64,000 nt of DNA from an uncultured Anaerolineaceae bacterium. Its GTDB lineage: Bacteria; Chloroflexota; Dehalococcoidia; Tepidiformales; Tepidiformaceae. The position numbers and the translations under genes are program-made. Of the stretch, positions 1 to 9,952 are shown in pieces (position 1 is the first letter of the stretch; each line of letters starts with the position of its first letter). The stretch covers positions 64,102 to 128,101 of the forward strand of contig CAZYLL010000007.1 in the NCBI GenBank assembly GCA_964648195.1, in the 5' to 3' direction. Below the pieces are notes generated by a model. It saw nothing but the letters and a program-made list of their open reading frames with translations. It had not been told where the DNA came from and did no database searches.

Positions 1-2131
1 CGACCTGCGCGGCATCATGGCGGATGGGCTGCCCGGGGCCGGGAAGTTCGCCAAGCAGGCCGACCGCGATATCGAGCGGGACCTGGAAGAACGCGGGCTG
101 ATGCTCAAGAAGGGGACCATCAAGCACACGTACCCCTTCTGCTGGCGATGCGGCACCCCGCTGCTGTACTACGCAAAGCCGAGCTGGTACATCCGCACCA
201 CGCTCCAGAAAGAGGCCCTGCTCGAAGGCAACAGCCGCATCAACTGGTACCCGGAGCACATCAAGACCGGCCGCTTCGGCAACTGGCTCGAAAACAACAT
301 CGACTGGGCGTTTAGCCGCGAACGGTACTGGGGCACGCCGCTGCCGTTCTGGAAGTGTGATACGTGCGGCGAGACGATGTGCTGTGGTTCGAAGGCCGAG
401 ATCGTCGAGCACGCCATCGACCGGGTGAAGGCCGAGGCCCTGGACGACTTCCACCGGCCATACATCGACGACATCCTCCTTCGTTGCGGGAAGTGCGGGG
501 GCAGCGCCCGGCGGGTGCCGGAGGTCGCCGATGCCTGGTTCGATAGCGGTGCCATGCCTTACGCCCAGTGGCACTACCCCTTCGAGAACGAGGACGCGTT
601 CCTGAAGCACTTCCCGGCCGACTTCATTTGCGAGGCGATCGACCAGACCCGCGGCTGGTTCTACACGCTCCACGCCGAGGCGACGCTGTTGAAGGCGGCG
701 GAGGCCGTGCCGGACGGCATCGCCTACAAGAACGTGATCTGCCTTGGCCACATCAACGACGAGAAGGGCAACAAGATGTCCAAGAGCCGCGGCAACACGG
801 TCGAACCGTGGACGGTCATCGATGCCCATGGGGCCGACGCCACGCGCTGGTACATGTACGCCGCAAGCCCGGCCGGATCGTCGCGCCGGTTCAGCTCGGG
901 ACTCGTCGAAGAAGGCCTTCGCCGTTTCCTCCTCACCCTCTGGCACACCTACTCGTTCTTCGTCAGCTACGCCAACATCGACGGCTACCGGCCCACGCCC
1001 GGTGGACCGAAGCCGGCCGCGGAGATCGACCGCTGGCTCCTGAGCGAGCTCAACGCGCTCGTGGTGAAGGTGACGGACGAGCTGGAAGCGTATGACCCGA
1101 CCGACGCTGCCCGGGCGATCGAGGCGTTCGTCGACGACCTTTCGAACTGGTACGTCCGGCGCAGCCGCCGCCGATTCTGGCGTGGCGCCACGGAGGGGGA
1201 TGCGGACAAGCAGAGCGCTTACGACACCCTCTACACCGCGCTCACCACCGTCACGAAGCTCATCGCACCGTTCACCCCCTTCGTCGCCGAAGAGCTCTGG
1301 CAGAACCTGGTCCGCTCGGTTGATGAAACGGCCCCCATCAGCGTCCACCTGGCCAGCTGGCCGGAGGCGGACCCGGCGGTCATCGACGAGTCGCTGAACG
1401 CCGAGACCCAGCTGGTGAAACGCGTCTGCTCGCTCGGCCGGGCGGCGCGGGCAAAGGCGCAGATCAAGGTCCGCCAGCCGGTGGCGAGAGTGCTGGTGAA
1501 GCCGCGCACGGCCGAGGAGGCGGACTCGCTCCGCAAGAACGCCAACCTTGTCCTGGAGGAGCTCAACGCGAAGGAGATGGATCTGCTCGATGACGAGACC
1601 GCCGTAGTGAGTTATGACGTAAAACCCAACCTCCCGGTGCTCGGCAAGAAGTACGGCGCGGACGTGGCAGCGATCCGTGCCGGGCTTGCGACGATGGCGC
1701 CGGCCCGGGTGGCGGAGGCGGTCCGCCGGGGCCGGACCGTCGCGGTCGCCGACAAGGAGCTGGAGCCTGAGGATATCCTCCTCCAGGCGCAGGACACCCC
1801 GGGTTACGCCGCCGCCCAGGAAGCCGGCTACACCGTTGCCGTGACCACAGCCATCACGCCCGAGCTCGCCGACGAAGGCCTGGCCAGAGAACTCGTCCGC
1901 CGCATCCAGGACATGCGGCGCGAGGCTGGCTTCGACCTCGCCGACCGGATCATCACCTGGGTCGCGGGTGATGGCGATGTCGCGCGGGTGCTCGACGTCC
2001 AGGGAGACTACATTCGCGCGGAGACGCTGAGCACGGAGCTCGTTTCCGGGGAGCCCCCGGCCGATGCCCACCGCGCGGAGCACGACCTGGAGGGCACGAA
2101 GGTCACGATCGGCGTCCGCCGCGTGCGGTAG
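1..2131 (+). CDS. ileS: isoleucine--tRNA ligase, C-terminal ~705 aa (5' end outside window)
   Basis: The frame is open from the window edge. It carries the class-I aaRS KMSKS motif (NKMSKSRGN), DQTRGWFYTLH, and Cys pairs CDTCGE..CGKCGG. The stop is at 2129-2131. Confidence 0.95.
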   Translation, partial: DLRGIMADGLPGAGKFAKQADRDIERDLEERGLMLKKGTIKHTYPFCWRCGTPLLYYAKPSWYIRTTLQKEALLEGNSRINWYPEHIKTGRFGNWLENNIDWAFSRERYWGTPLPFWKCDTCGETMCCGSKAEIVEHAIDRVKAEALDDFHRPYIDDILLRCGKCGGSARRVPEVADAWFDSGAMPYAQWHYPFENEDAFLKHFPADFICEAIDQTRGWFYTLHAEATLLKAAEAVPDGIAYKNVICLGHINDEKGNKMSKSRGNTVEPWTVIDAHGADATRWYMYAASPAGSSRRFSSGLVEEGLRRFLLTLWHTYSFFVSYANIDGYRPTPGGPKPAAEIDRWLLSELNALVVKVTDELEAYDPTDAARAIEAFVDDLSNWYVRRSRRRFWRGATEGDADKQSAYDTLYTALTTVTKLIAPFTPFVAEELWQNLVRSVDETAPISVHLASWPEADPAVIDESLNAETQLVKRVCSLGRAARAKAQIKVRQPVARVLVKPRTAEEADSLRKNANLVLEELNAKEMDLLDDETAVVSYDVKPNLPVLGKKYGADVAAIRAGLATMAPARVAEAVRRGRTVAVADKELEPEDILLQAQDTPGYAAAQEAGYTVAVTTAITPELADEGLARELVRRIQDMRREAGFDLADRIITWVAGDGDVARVLDVQGDYIRAETLSTELVSGEPPADAHRAEHDLEGTKVTIGVRRVR

Positions 2132-2214
2132 GCAGCCCGAAACCCCGGACCACGCAGGGCGGCGGGCCGTGGCTCCTCGCCTGCCGGCCGCGAGACCGCG
2201 TGCCCGTGAGCTTC

Positions 2215-2220
2215 TAGACT
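2215..2220 (+). promoter_or_regulatory. -10-like TAGACT hexamer 6 nt upstream of the nadD ATG (predicts a leaderless mRNA)
   Basis: Read directly as cTAGACTtcccccATG. The same hexamer and spacing recur at 16906, 22567 (minus) and 45828. Confidence 0.4.
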
Positions 2221-2226
2221 TCCCCC

Positions 2227-2832
2227 ATGACGGGCGGCCGCATCGCGCTCCTTGGCGGGACGTTTGACCCGCCCCATATCGGGCACCTGGTGCTGGGTGA
2301 GTGTGTGCGCTCGCAGTTCGATTGCGAACGGGTGCTGTTCGTGCCCGCGGGCGACCCCTACCGGAAGACGGGGACGGACACGGAGGAGAACCGGCGGGCG
2401 GGTGTTGCATCGCCAAGGGCGGTGACCCCGGGAGTGGTGCGCCTCGAGATGGTGCGCCTGGCGATTGCGGGCAACCCGCACTTCGCGGCGGACGGACGGG
2501 AAGTGGACCGGGCGGGTCCCTCATATACGGTCGACACGCTGCGGGAGCTGCGGGCGGAAGGTTGGGAGGACCCCGTGCTGGTGCTGGGCAGCGATGCGCT
2601 GGCGGATCTGCCGAATTGGCGCGAGCCGGGCGAGATCCGGCGGCTGGCGCGGATTGCCGTCGCGGAGAAGGAGCCTGGAGCGGCGACCGGCCCTTTCGAG
2701 CGGGTGGACATGCCCCTGCTGCGCATTTCATCGACAGGAATCCGGGCGCGGGTCGCCGAGGGCAAGCCCATCCGCTACCTCGTGCCAGATGCGGTGCGGG
2801 AGTACATCGAGCGCGAGGGGCTGTATCGCTGA
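2227..2832 (+). CDS. nadD: nicotinate-nucleotide adenylyltransferase
   Basis: It has the N-terminal GGTFDPPHIGH nucleotidyltransferase motif and a C-terminal ISSTGIR motif. Length is 201 aa. Confidence 0.9.
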   Translation: MTGGRIALLGGTFDPPHIGHLVLGECVRSQFDCERVLFVPAGDPYRKTGTDTEENRRAGVASPRAVTPGVVRLEMVRLAIAGNPHFAADGREVDRAGPSYTVDTLRELRAEGWEDPVLVLGSDALADLPNWREPGEIRRLARIAVAEKEPGAATGPFERVDMPLLRISSTGIRARVAEGKPIRYLVPDAVREYIEREGLYR

Positions 2833-2868
2833 AGTGACGCCGGAGCGCCACACTGTACACTCGGCGCC

Positions 2869-3750
2869 ATGGCAGGAAAGGCGAACGCGGAGGCCGAGCA
2901 CCGGGGCCGGCGCCGGATACCCGGGGACGACCTGCTCGATGAACTGACGGAGCAGCTGGAACGCACCCGGCAGCTGCTCACGGGGAGCCCCGAGGCAGCG
3001 GCGGAGGCTGCACTGGAGCGGTTCGCAGGAGAAAGCGAAGAGGAAGCGCGGATCGCGCTGGACCTCGCGGCCGCAGGGCCGCTCGCCGCGCCGGGGAGGT
3101 TCCTGGAGGCGCACCGGCTGGTGATGCGGGCGCTGGAGGTGCTGGACCGCGAGGGAGCACGGAATGTGCGGGTCTCGCGCTGGTTCGGGCCGCTGCGGCC
3201 GCTGGCGGAGTTCGGCGCGGAGTTCGTGGCCACCTACATCGTGAAGTCGTATGCGCGGGACGTGATTGGGTCGCTGGGGAGGCTGTACACGCGGCGGGAG
3301 GCGCAATCGCTCCCAGGGACACCCGAACGGCGCGCGCTGGCGCGAGCGCGGGTCGAGGCGGACCGGCTGGCGCCGGGGTTCAGTGGGGGAGGGATCGGCG
3401 CTCCGGTGCTGGTGGCGGGCGGGGCGGTGGTACCGCTGGCCGCTTCGGTGGGCCAGTACCTCGGAGCGATCGACTTCCTTTCGCGGCCCGTCATCGCTTT
3501 TGGGTTCGGGGCGCTGTTCCTGCTGTTCCTGTTCCTGTCGTCGGTATTGCTCAGTGGGGCCGGCCTTGCCCACCGGCGGTCGCGGCTGATCATGAGCCAG
3601 CCACTGGCGGCGTTGTGGGAAGTGTTGGGCCACGCGGGGGAGCCGCCGCGAGACAACTCGCGGGTGTTCGCGACGGTGGCGATCGTGCTCACGGGGCTGG
3701 TGTGGGTGGTAGTCCCGGCGGCCGGGGTGACTCTCTACCTGGTGAGCTGA
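2869..3750 (+). CDS. hypothetical membrane protein
   Basis: This is a 293-aa ORF with a helical, charged N-terminal half and 3-4 hydrophobic segments in the C-terminal half (FGFGALFLLFLFLSSVLL, VAIVLTGLVWVVVPAAGV). I recognise no family. Confidence 0.5.
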   Translation: MAGKANAEAEHRGRRRIPGDDLLDELTEQLERTRQLLTGSPEAAAEAALERFAGESEEEARIALDLAAAGPLAAPGRFLEAHRLVMRALEVLDREGARNVRVSRWFGPLRPLAEFGAEFVATYIVKSYARDVIGSLGRLYTRREAQSLPGTPERRALARARVEADRLAPGFSGGGIGAPVLVAGGAVVPLAASVGQYLGAIDFLSRPVIAFGFGALFLLFLFLSSVLLSGAGLAHRRSRLIMSQPLAALWEVLGHAGEPPRDNSRVFATVAIVLTGLVWVVVPAAGVTLYLVS

Positions 3751-4937
3751 GGAACGCGGTAGGTCATGGCGAGACGGGCCAACGCGCGCACGTCCTTGAT
3801 CCGGTCTTTCGGCCGGAACGTTTCGCGGACCGAATGGAGGTTGCGCTCGCTGCCACCCCAGGGGAAGGCGACGGCGGGGATGCCCAGGCCGATCGGGATG
3901 TTCGCATCGGTCGAGGCGGGTCCGGTCCGGACGATGAGGCCCTCGGATTCGATGGCTTCGCGGGCGGCCACGACGAGGGGATCGTCCCACGGCGTGGCGC
4001 CGCCGGGCCGGTGGCCGAGGATCTCGGCGGTGTATGAAGACTCCCCGTCGACCGTGGAGGCGTACTCTTCATGGGCGGCGCGCACGAGCTCGAGGACGTG
4101 CGCGGCAGCGGTCTCGAGGCCTTCCGGTTCGACGCAGCGGAGGTCGAGCTCGAAGGAGGCGGATTCGGGGATCGCGTTGATCGACCGGCCGCCGGAGATG
4201 ACGCCGACGTTGTAGCTGGTGCGGGGCTCTGTGGGAGCCTTGTAGAGCGCGATCTTGCCGACAGCGAGGCCGGCGGCGTGAAGCGGGTTGTAGCGTCCGA
4301 AGTTGTCCCAGGCGTGGCCGCCGGGGCCACGGAAGGTGAAGCGGTAGCGGTAGCTGGCGACGCCGGTGTGGATGAGCGCGCCTCGGACGCCGATGTCGAC
4401 CGTGATGAAGGCTCCGATGCGCGGCCCCCATTCGCTGGCGAAGAGGTGGCGCGTGCCTTTCAGGTCGCCGATGCCTTCTTCGCCGACGACAGCTGCGAAA
4501 AGGATGCTGGAGGGGGTGAAGGCGGAGCGCGCCTGGAGAGCTTCAATCACGCCTGTGACCGAGGCCAGGCCGGCGGCGCAGTCGGAGACGCCGGGGCCGT
4601 GGTACTCGCCTTCGGGGACGACGCCTGGCGTTTCGCAGTAATCGCACCAATCGCCAGGGCGGCGGACGCGCACATCCTGTTCGATGGGGAAGACGGTATC
4701 GAGGTGGGCGGAAATGACCAGGACAGGCTCATCCTGCTGGCCCGGCCTGAGGGCGAGGACGTTTCCGGCGCCGTCGATGTGGGGGTCGAGACCGGCATCG
4801 CGCCAGATCTGAGCGACGACCCCGGCGCGGCGGCTCTCATCGAAGGTTGGCGCGGGTGTTTCCGCGTAACGGAGCTGCAATTCAAGCAGCCGGTTTTCGT
4901 TGAGGTGTGCGAGGACCGGTGCGATGGCATGGTTCAT
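3735..4937 (-). CDS. M20 family metallopeptidase (ArgE/DapE/PepT-like)
   Basis: It shows M20 blocks ISAHLDTV, GVSDCAAG and VVGEEGIGDLKG. The start was re-picked at MNHAIAP (ATG 4937) because the track ORF extension overlaps moaC. Confidence 0.8.
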   Translation of the reverse strand: MNHAIAPVLAHLNENRLLELQLRYAETPAPTFDESRRAGVVAQIWRDAGLDPHIDGAGNVLALRPGQQDEPVLVISAHLDTVFPIEQDVRVRRPGDWCDYCETPGVVPEGEYHGPGVSDCAAGLASVTGVIEALQARSAFTPSSILFAAVVGEEGIGDLKGTRHLFASEWGPRIGAFITVDIGVRGALIHTGVASYRYRFTFRGPGGHAWDNFGRYNPLHAAGLAVGKIALYKAPTEPRTSYNVGVISGGRSINAIPESASFELDLRCVEPEGLETAAAHVLELVRAAHEEYASTVDGESSYTAEILGHRPGGATPWDDPLVVAAREAIESEGLIVRTGPASTDANIPIGLGIPAVAFPWGGSERNLHSVRETFRPKDRIKDVRALARLAMTYRVPQLTR

Positions 4938-5037
4938 GGAGTTCCCGGGAAGACGTCCAGCTTCCAGACGGGGAAGTCTGCCGGATCGAGGCGGGTGACG
5001 CCACCGGCGAGGTCGAAGGCAAGGGGTGTCTGTACAG

Positions 5038-5514
5038 TTACGATGCGATCCAGTCGCCGCTCTTGCCGCCGTGCTTCTCGAGGAGGCGGACGGCTTCGAT
5101 ACGGATGCCTTTCTCGACGGCCTTGCACATGTCGTAGACGGTGAGGGCGGCGACCGAGGCGGCGGTGAGCGCTTCCATCTCAACGCCGGTCTTGCCGGTC
5201 GTCTTGACGGTCGCGCGCACTACCAGAACGGAGTCGCCTTCGGGGGCGAGCTCGACGGTCACGCCGGTGATGGCGAGCGGGTGGCAGAGGGGGATGAGTT
5301 CGTGCGTCTTCTTGGCGGCCATGATGCCCGCAATCCGGGCCGTGGCAAACACATCGCCCTTGGCGATGCCGCCCTGCTGGATGAGCGCCAGGGTGGCGGG
5401 TTGCATGCGGACGGCCGCTTCGGCGACGGCGGTGCGGGCGGTCTCGACCTTTTGGGAGACATCGACCATGCGGGCGGCGCCCCGCTCATCGAGGTGGGAG
5501 AGTTCACCGGCCAT
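5038..5514 (-). CDS. moaC: cyclic pyranopterin monophosphate synthase
   Basis: It shows MoaC blocks [29 protein letters not shown] and [23 protein letters not shown]. The start was re-picked at MAGELSH. Confidence 0.9.
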   Translation of the reverse strand: MAGELSHLDERGAARMVDVSQKVETARTAVAEAAVRMQPATLALIQQGGIAKGDVFATARIAGIMAAKKTHELIPLCHPLAITGVTVELAPEGDSVLVVRATVKTTGKTGVEMEALTAASVAALTVYDMCKAVEKGIRIEAVRLLEKHGGKSGDWIAS

Positions 5515-5725
5515 GGTTGCGCCGCCACATGAGGGTTTCGTAGCCAAAGACGAAGGCGTAGGCGATGCCGCCGACGGCAAGGCCGCCGGGGATACCGCTC
5601 CAGGGCGAGACCCAGGTATCGAAGGTGATGATGCCGATTCCGGTGCCAGCGAGAAAGCTGAAGAACGCCTCGCGGCGGCGGGCAGACTCGAACTGTTCGC
5701 GGAGAGGGTGTTTCCTCGTGGCCAT
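5504..5725 (-). CDS. small two-TM membrane protein (hypothetical)
   Basis: This is a 73-aa product from MATRKHP with two hydrophobic helices ([30 protein letters not shown]). It overlaps the moaC start by 11 nt. Confidence 0.4.
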   Translation of the reverse strand: MATRKHPLREQFESARRREAFFSFLAGTGIGIITFDTWVSPWSGIPGGLAVGGIAYAFVFGYETLMWRRNHGR

Positions 5726-5797
5726 TGGGCAGAGTGTAGGCCGAAGGCGGCGGTGGCGCATGGCTGGTAGATGCGCGGGGGGATAGGCTGGGAGGTG

Positions 5798-6844
5798 ATG
5801 ACAGAACCGCGCGCCTACGCCGCCGCCGGGGTGGATATCGCCGCCCGGAGCAAGTTCGCGAAGAGCCTGCCAGGGATTCTCGCGCAGGCCCGCCGGCCAG
5901 AAGTCTTGAGCGACGCCGGGCCGTTCAGCGGGCTATTCCGGCTGGGAGAGAAGTATCGCGACCCTGTGCTTTCGGCGAGCGCGGACGGGATCGGCACGAA
6001 GGTGAAGCTGCACCTGGCGGCGAACCGGCTGGACCTGTGCGGTCCGGACATCCTCGGGCACAGCATCAACGACATCATGGTGTGCGGGGCGGAGCCGCTG
6101 TTCTTCCTTGATTACATCGCGGGGAACGGGCTCACCACGGAGCAGAAGCAGACACTGGTCGAGGGAGTCGCGCGGGCCTGCGCTGAGGCGGGGTGCGCGC
6201 TGCTCGGCGGCGAGACGGCGGACATGCCGGATGTCTATCCCCCGGGAGAGTTCGACCTGGCCGGGTTCATCGTGGGGGTGGTGGAGCGCGACCGGATCAT
6301 CGACGGATCGAAGGTGGCCGCGGGAGACGTGCTGCTGGGCATCCCGAGCTCGGGGCTGCACACGAACGGCTTTTCGCTGGCGCGCAAGGTGCTCGACATC
6401 TGCAATGGCGAACCGGTGGAAGAGACGCGGCGGCGGCTGGAAGAGCGCCCGGCGGTGCTCGGCGGGGCGACGCTCGGCGAGGCGTTGCTGACCACCCACC
6501 GGCCGTACTACAGGCAGGTGGGGCCGGTGATGGAGCGCATCCACGGGATGGCGCACATCACCGGTGGCGGCTACGTGGAGAACGTGCCCCGCATATTGGC
6601 GGGCGGGGTGACGGCGGAGTTCGACACCGCGGCATGGCCGGTCCTGCCGATTTTTCAGCTCATCCAGCAGCGCGGCGAAGTCTCCTCTGAGGAGATGTAC
6701 GAGGTGTTCAACATGGGCATCGGGCTGGTGTTGATGGTCTCGCCGGATGACGCCGGGGCGGTGGAAGCGGCGATCCCGGAGGCTCTCCGGATCGGGCGGG
6801 TGCGGGAGTGGACGGGGCGGCCGGTGGAACTGCGCGGGCTGTAG
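5798..6844 (+). CDS. purM: phosphoribosylformylglycinamidine cyclo-ligase (AIR synthetase)
   Basis: It shows PurM blocks [41 protein letters not shown] and HITGGG. A GGGAGG RBS lies 4 nt upstream of ATG 5798. Confidence 0.93.
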   Translation: MTEPRAYAAAGVDIAARSKFAKSLPGILAQARRPEVLSDAGPFSGLFRLGEKYRDPVLSASADGIGTKVKLHLAANRLDLCGPDILGHSINDIMVCGAEPLFFLDYIAGNGLTTEQKQTLVEGVARACAEAGCALLGGETADMPDVYPPGEFDLAGFIVGVVERDRIIDGSKVAAGDVLLGIPSSGLHTNGFSLARKVLDICNGEPVEETRRRLEERPAVLGGATLGEALLTTHRPYYRQVGPVMERIHGMAHITGGGYVENVPRILAGGVTAEFDTAAWPVLPIFQLIQQRGEVSSEEMYEVFNMGIGLVLMVSPDDAGAVEAAIPEALRIGRVREWTGRPVELRGL

Positions 6845-6925
6845 GCCGGGGAGAGGCGCCGGACTCGCACCCTGGATGCGTGGCCGGTAGGCTTCGGGTA
6901 CGAAATTCCAACCCGGAGCATCAGA

Positions 6926-7753
6926 TTGACGAGCCCTCAACAGATTGAGATCCCGCCACCATCGCCGGACGACGTGTTGTACGAAAAGCGCGAGAACTAC
7001 GCGGTCATCACGCTCAACCGGCCGGTCGTACTCAACGCCATGAACTGGTCGATCAACCGCCGGCTGTGGTGGGCGCTCGACCAGGCGGAGGCCGACGACG
7101 AGGTGAAGGCCATCATCCTCACGGGTGCGGGGCGCGCATTTTCGGCGGGGGGCGACCTTCAATCGACGCCGCCCCCGGATAAGGAACCGACCCCGGGCGG
7201 CATGCAGATCAACCTCCGGATCTGGAGTATGCCAAAGCCGGTGATCGCGGCGGTCCGGGGCTACGCGGTGGGCCAGGGGTGCGAACTCGCCGGGATGTGC
7301 GACCTGACGATCGCCGCCGACGATGCGGTCTTTGGTGAAATCCAGATCCGGCACGGGTTCGGGCCACCCATCCTGATCACGCCGTTCCTGGTCGGGCTGA
7401 AGCAGGCGAAAGAGGTGCTGCTCCTCGGCGAGCGCATCAACGCGCAGGACGCGCTGCGGCTCGGGCTTGTGAACAGGGTGGTGCCGGGCGACGAGCTGAT
7501 GGCAACCGCCGAAGACTGGGCGAAGAAGATGGCGGCGCTCCCGCAGAAGGCTGTCCGCCAGAACAAGCTGCTGGTGAACCGGGTGTACGAACTCGCCGGT
7601 TTCCGCGAGGCGCTGGATTACCGTGCCGATGCGGGTCTGGCAGAACGGCTGGGGACGCAGGCGGCGGAGCCGGACCCGCACCTGAAGGTGTTGCGGGAGC
7701 AGGGATGGGAAGCGTTCCGCAAGTCGCGCGACGTGCTGTACCGCGGCGAATGA
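6926..7753 (+). CDS. enoyl-CoA hydratase/isomerase family protein
   Basis: It shows crotonase-fold blocks ILTGAGRAFSAGGDL and KPVIAAVRGYAVGQGCELAGMCDLTIA. The start codon is TTG. Confidence 0.85.
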   Translation: MTSPQQIEIPPPSPDDVLYEKRENYAVITLNRPVVLNAMNWSINRRLWWALDQAEADDEVKAIILTGAGRAFSAGGDLQSTPPPDKEPTPGGMQINLRIWSMPKPVIAAVRGYAVGQGCELAGMCDLTIAADDAVFGEIQIRHGFGPPILITPFLVGLKQAKEVLLLGERINAQDALRLGLVNRVVPGDELMATAEDWAKKMAALPQKAVRQNKLLVNRVYELAGFREALDYRADAGLAERLGTQAAEPDPHLKVLREQGWEAFRKSRDVLYRGE

Positions 7754-8262
7754 GCGGCAGGTCGCCCCAGGATCTCTGGGAGGAGTACCGGTCGACGCTG
7801 CAAGGGGACGACCATGCCCGGCTCCCGTCGGAAGCGCCGCCCGCGTGGCAGTTCGGCGACAGCCCGGAGATGGCCGAAGAACTGGGTGCGCTGGTGATCG
7901 CCGGGACGAAGAGAGCGACGGCGGGACTGGTGTGGGAGTACGAGGCTGAGGGCGCGGCGCTTCCACAGCCCGGGGCGTACGAGATCGTGCTCGACGGTCG
8001 GGGGGAGCCGTGGTGCATCCTCGAATACACGAAGGTAGAGATGCGTCCATTCGATGAAGTGGACGGGCGGTTCGCGGCGCTGGAAGGCGAAGGGGACGGC
8101 ACGCTTGCGTGGTGGCGGGAGGCGCACTGGCGCTATTTCTCGCGCCGGTGCGGGGTGATCGGGCGAGAACCAGACGAGCGGATGCCGGTTTCGTGCGAAC
8201 AGTTCCGGGTGGTGTACGTCCGTGGTTCAGAGCAGGCGCCCGGGCCCCTGCCTCAGCTGTAA
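7750..8262 (+). CDS. ASCH domain-containing protein
   Basis: It has WQFGDSPEMAEELGALVIAGTKRATAG, the usual N-terminus of ASCH-domain proteins. Its start forms an ATGA overlap with the upstream stop. Confidence 0.7.
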   Translation: MSGRSPQDLWEEYRSTLQGDDHARLPSEAPPAWQFGDSPEMAEELGALVIAGTKRATAGLVWEYEAEGAALPQPGAYEIVLDGRGEPWCILEYTKVEMRPFDEVDGRFAALEGEGDGTLAWWREAHWRYFSRRCGVIGREPDERMPVSCEQFRVVYVRGSEQAPGPLPQL

Positions 8263-9023
8263 CGGGCGGCGAAGTCGGCTTCGTCGAGCCGGGCGCCGTG
8301 GCGGCGTTCGCTGACGGCGAGTTCCATACGCGTGAGCTGGGCCAGGCCCTTGCGCGTGTCGCTTGCTACGCGGGCCTTATCCTGGAGCTTGAGGCGCTGC
8401 TTGAAGAGCCAGTAGGTGAACGCCTTCCATTCGGCGAGTGAGACACTCTCGCGGATGAGGACGCCGGTCTCCTGGTAGTGCAGGGCGAAGAGCTCTTCCC
8501 GGCTTCGGCCGTAAACGCGCTGGTACATCGATTCATCGACACGCTGGTCGTACCCCCAGGCGCGGCACCGGATCTCCTTGTGGATCTCTTCTTCGACGCT
8601 GAGCTGAAGCGCCTCTTCGACCAGCACGCCGTAGAGGTAGTTGAGGTGGGCGCTGTGCTTGACTTTGCCCATGCGAAGGGAAAAGTCGTCGTCGTCCATC
8701 TCGATCGGCCAGCGATTCTCCCAGAGGAGGGCCTCACGCTCGGCCGGCGGGATGAGGTCCGGCATCTCGTCGAGCAGGCGTTCAGCGAGGAGGAGCCAAT
8801 CGAACGCTTCGCCGTGGATGAGGTAGCGGTATTCGCGGTCGCCGATGCGTTCGCCGGGCAAGCGCCAGCGGGCGATGGCATCGAGCAGGGCCTCGAACCA
8901 GTGCTGACCCGCAAGGATGGCCTGGCGCATGCGCAGGACCGTCTGCTCGGGTGCTGGCAGGTTCGGGCTATCCTCCACATCGCCTTCGAGGACCGGGGGC
9001 CTGGACTCTGCAGCCGCGGACAT
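8253..9023 (-). CDS. hypothetical protein
   Basis: This is a 256-aa ORF with non-repetitive, protein-like composition (HWFEALLDAIARW, KVKHSAHLNYLYGVLVEEAL). I recognise no family. Confidence 0.55.
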   Translation of the reverse strand: MSAAAESRPPVLEGDVEDSPNLPAPEQTVLRMRQAILAGQHWFEALLDAIARWRLPGERIGDREYRYLIHGEAFDWLLLAERLLDEMPDLIPPAEREALLWENRWPIEMDDDDFSLRMGKVKHSAHLNYLYGVLVEEALQLSVEEEIHKEIRCRAWGYDQRVDESMYQRVYGRSREELFALHYQETGVLIRESVSLAEWKAFTYWLFKQRLKLQDKARVASDTRKGLAQLTRMELAVSERRHGARLDEADFAARYS

Positions 9024-9186
9024 TGAGGCTCAATGGTACCAGAGCGGAGGCTGACGGCGGGACAATGAAGCAGGTTACACAAAGCGTACGCAAACAGAGC
9101 ACCCTATCAGGGGTTCTCCCGATTGGCCCCTGGCGTGATACCGGAAACGATCGACGCAGCCGAGCCCCGGCTGTGGAGAGAGAACA

Positions 9187-9402
9187 ATGCGTGTGGTTTG
9201 TGCGTGGTGCGGCACGAGCCTCTCGGGGGTAGACGGCCCTGTTTCTCATGGGATCTGCGGCAGCTGCTCCCTCTCCGTTGAACGCGCCTTCCATCGATCG
9301 GTGCTGAACCGGCAGCGGCTGGAGCGCGCGCGGAGGAGGCGGCGGGGTGCACTCAGCCTGACGTTGCCCCTGCCAGGCTTCCCCTTCCCGGAGCCAGCGT
9401 AG
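9187..9402 (+). CDS. small Cys4 zinc-ribbon-like protein (hypothetical)
   Basis: This is a 71-aa product with CAWCG..(15)..CGSC. A GGAGAG RBS lies 6 nt upstream of the ATG, and third-position GC is moderately high. Confidence 0.45.
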   Translation: MRVVCAWCGTSLSGVDGPVSHGICGSCSLSVERAFHRSVLNRQRLERARRRRRGALSLTLPLPGFPFPEPA

Positions 9403-9451
9403 CCAGCCTCGCCCGGGTTGAGACGGTCCGGCCGGGCCGACTACGATCGGT

Positions 9452-9937
9452 ATGCCCATGAGCGTGAACGGGGCACTGCCGGGGGAGCCGTTGGATATCT
9501 CAGGCGAGCACAGGTTCAGTGCGCCGGCGGCGCTGGTGTGGGAGGCCCTGTTCGATGCGCGCGCGCTGCGGGCCTCGATTCCCGGGTGCGAGACGCTGGA
9601 GGAAGTGGCGCCGGGACGGTTCCTTGTCTCCATGCGGGTTGGAGTTTCCGGGGTGAAAGGCCAGTATGCCGGCGAGGTCGTGGCGGCCGGGGTCGCCGTG
9701 CCGAGCTCGTTCCAGCTGTCGATGGCGGGGAGGGGCGAGAATGGCGCGGTCCAGGCTGAAGCCCGAGTGAGCCTGCGCGAGGAGCCGGGGACGACTGTGG
9801 CCGCCTATTCCGGTGATCTGCGCGCCCAGGGTGCACTGGCCCGGCTCGGCGGGCCGGTGCTCGCGGGGACAGCGAAACTCCTGCTCGCCCAGTTTTTCAA
9901 GGAGATGGAGCGCCAGGTGCGGGACCGGACGGCCTGA
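9452..9937 (+). CDS. SRPBCC/CoxG family protein
   Basis: The pattern FSAPAALVWEALFDARALRASIPGCETLEEVAPGRFLVSMRVGVSGVKGQYAGEV matches the CoxG-type SRPBCC layout. Confidence 0.8.
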   Translation: MPMSVNGALPGEPLDISGEHRFSAPAALVWEALFDARALRASIPGCETLEEVAPGRFLVSMRVGVSGVKGQYAGEVVAAGVAVPSSFQLSMAGRGENGAVQAEARVSLREEPGTTVAAYSGDLRAQGALARLGGPVLAGTAKLLLAQFFKEMERQVRDRTA

Positions 9938-9952
9938 CGGTGGAAGCAGCCC

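Noticed and set aside
5933-8050. A 705-aa minus-strand ORF spans purM, the crotonase gene and the ASCH gene. Similar very long ORFs occur at 11349-13928 (+), 13962-15956 (+), 41257-42825 (+), 47238-48455 (+) and 60771-62213 (-).
   Set aside because: These are typical high-GC antisense artefacts. Their products are Arg/Pro/Ala/Gly-rich low-complexity strings. They lie opposite genes with unambiguous family motifs (purM, pdxT, etfAB, the HAMP sensor, DNA ligase, cysE).
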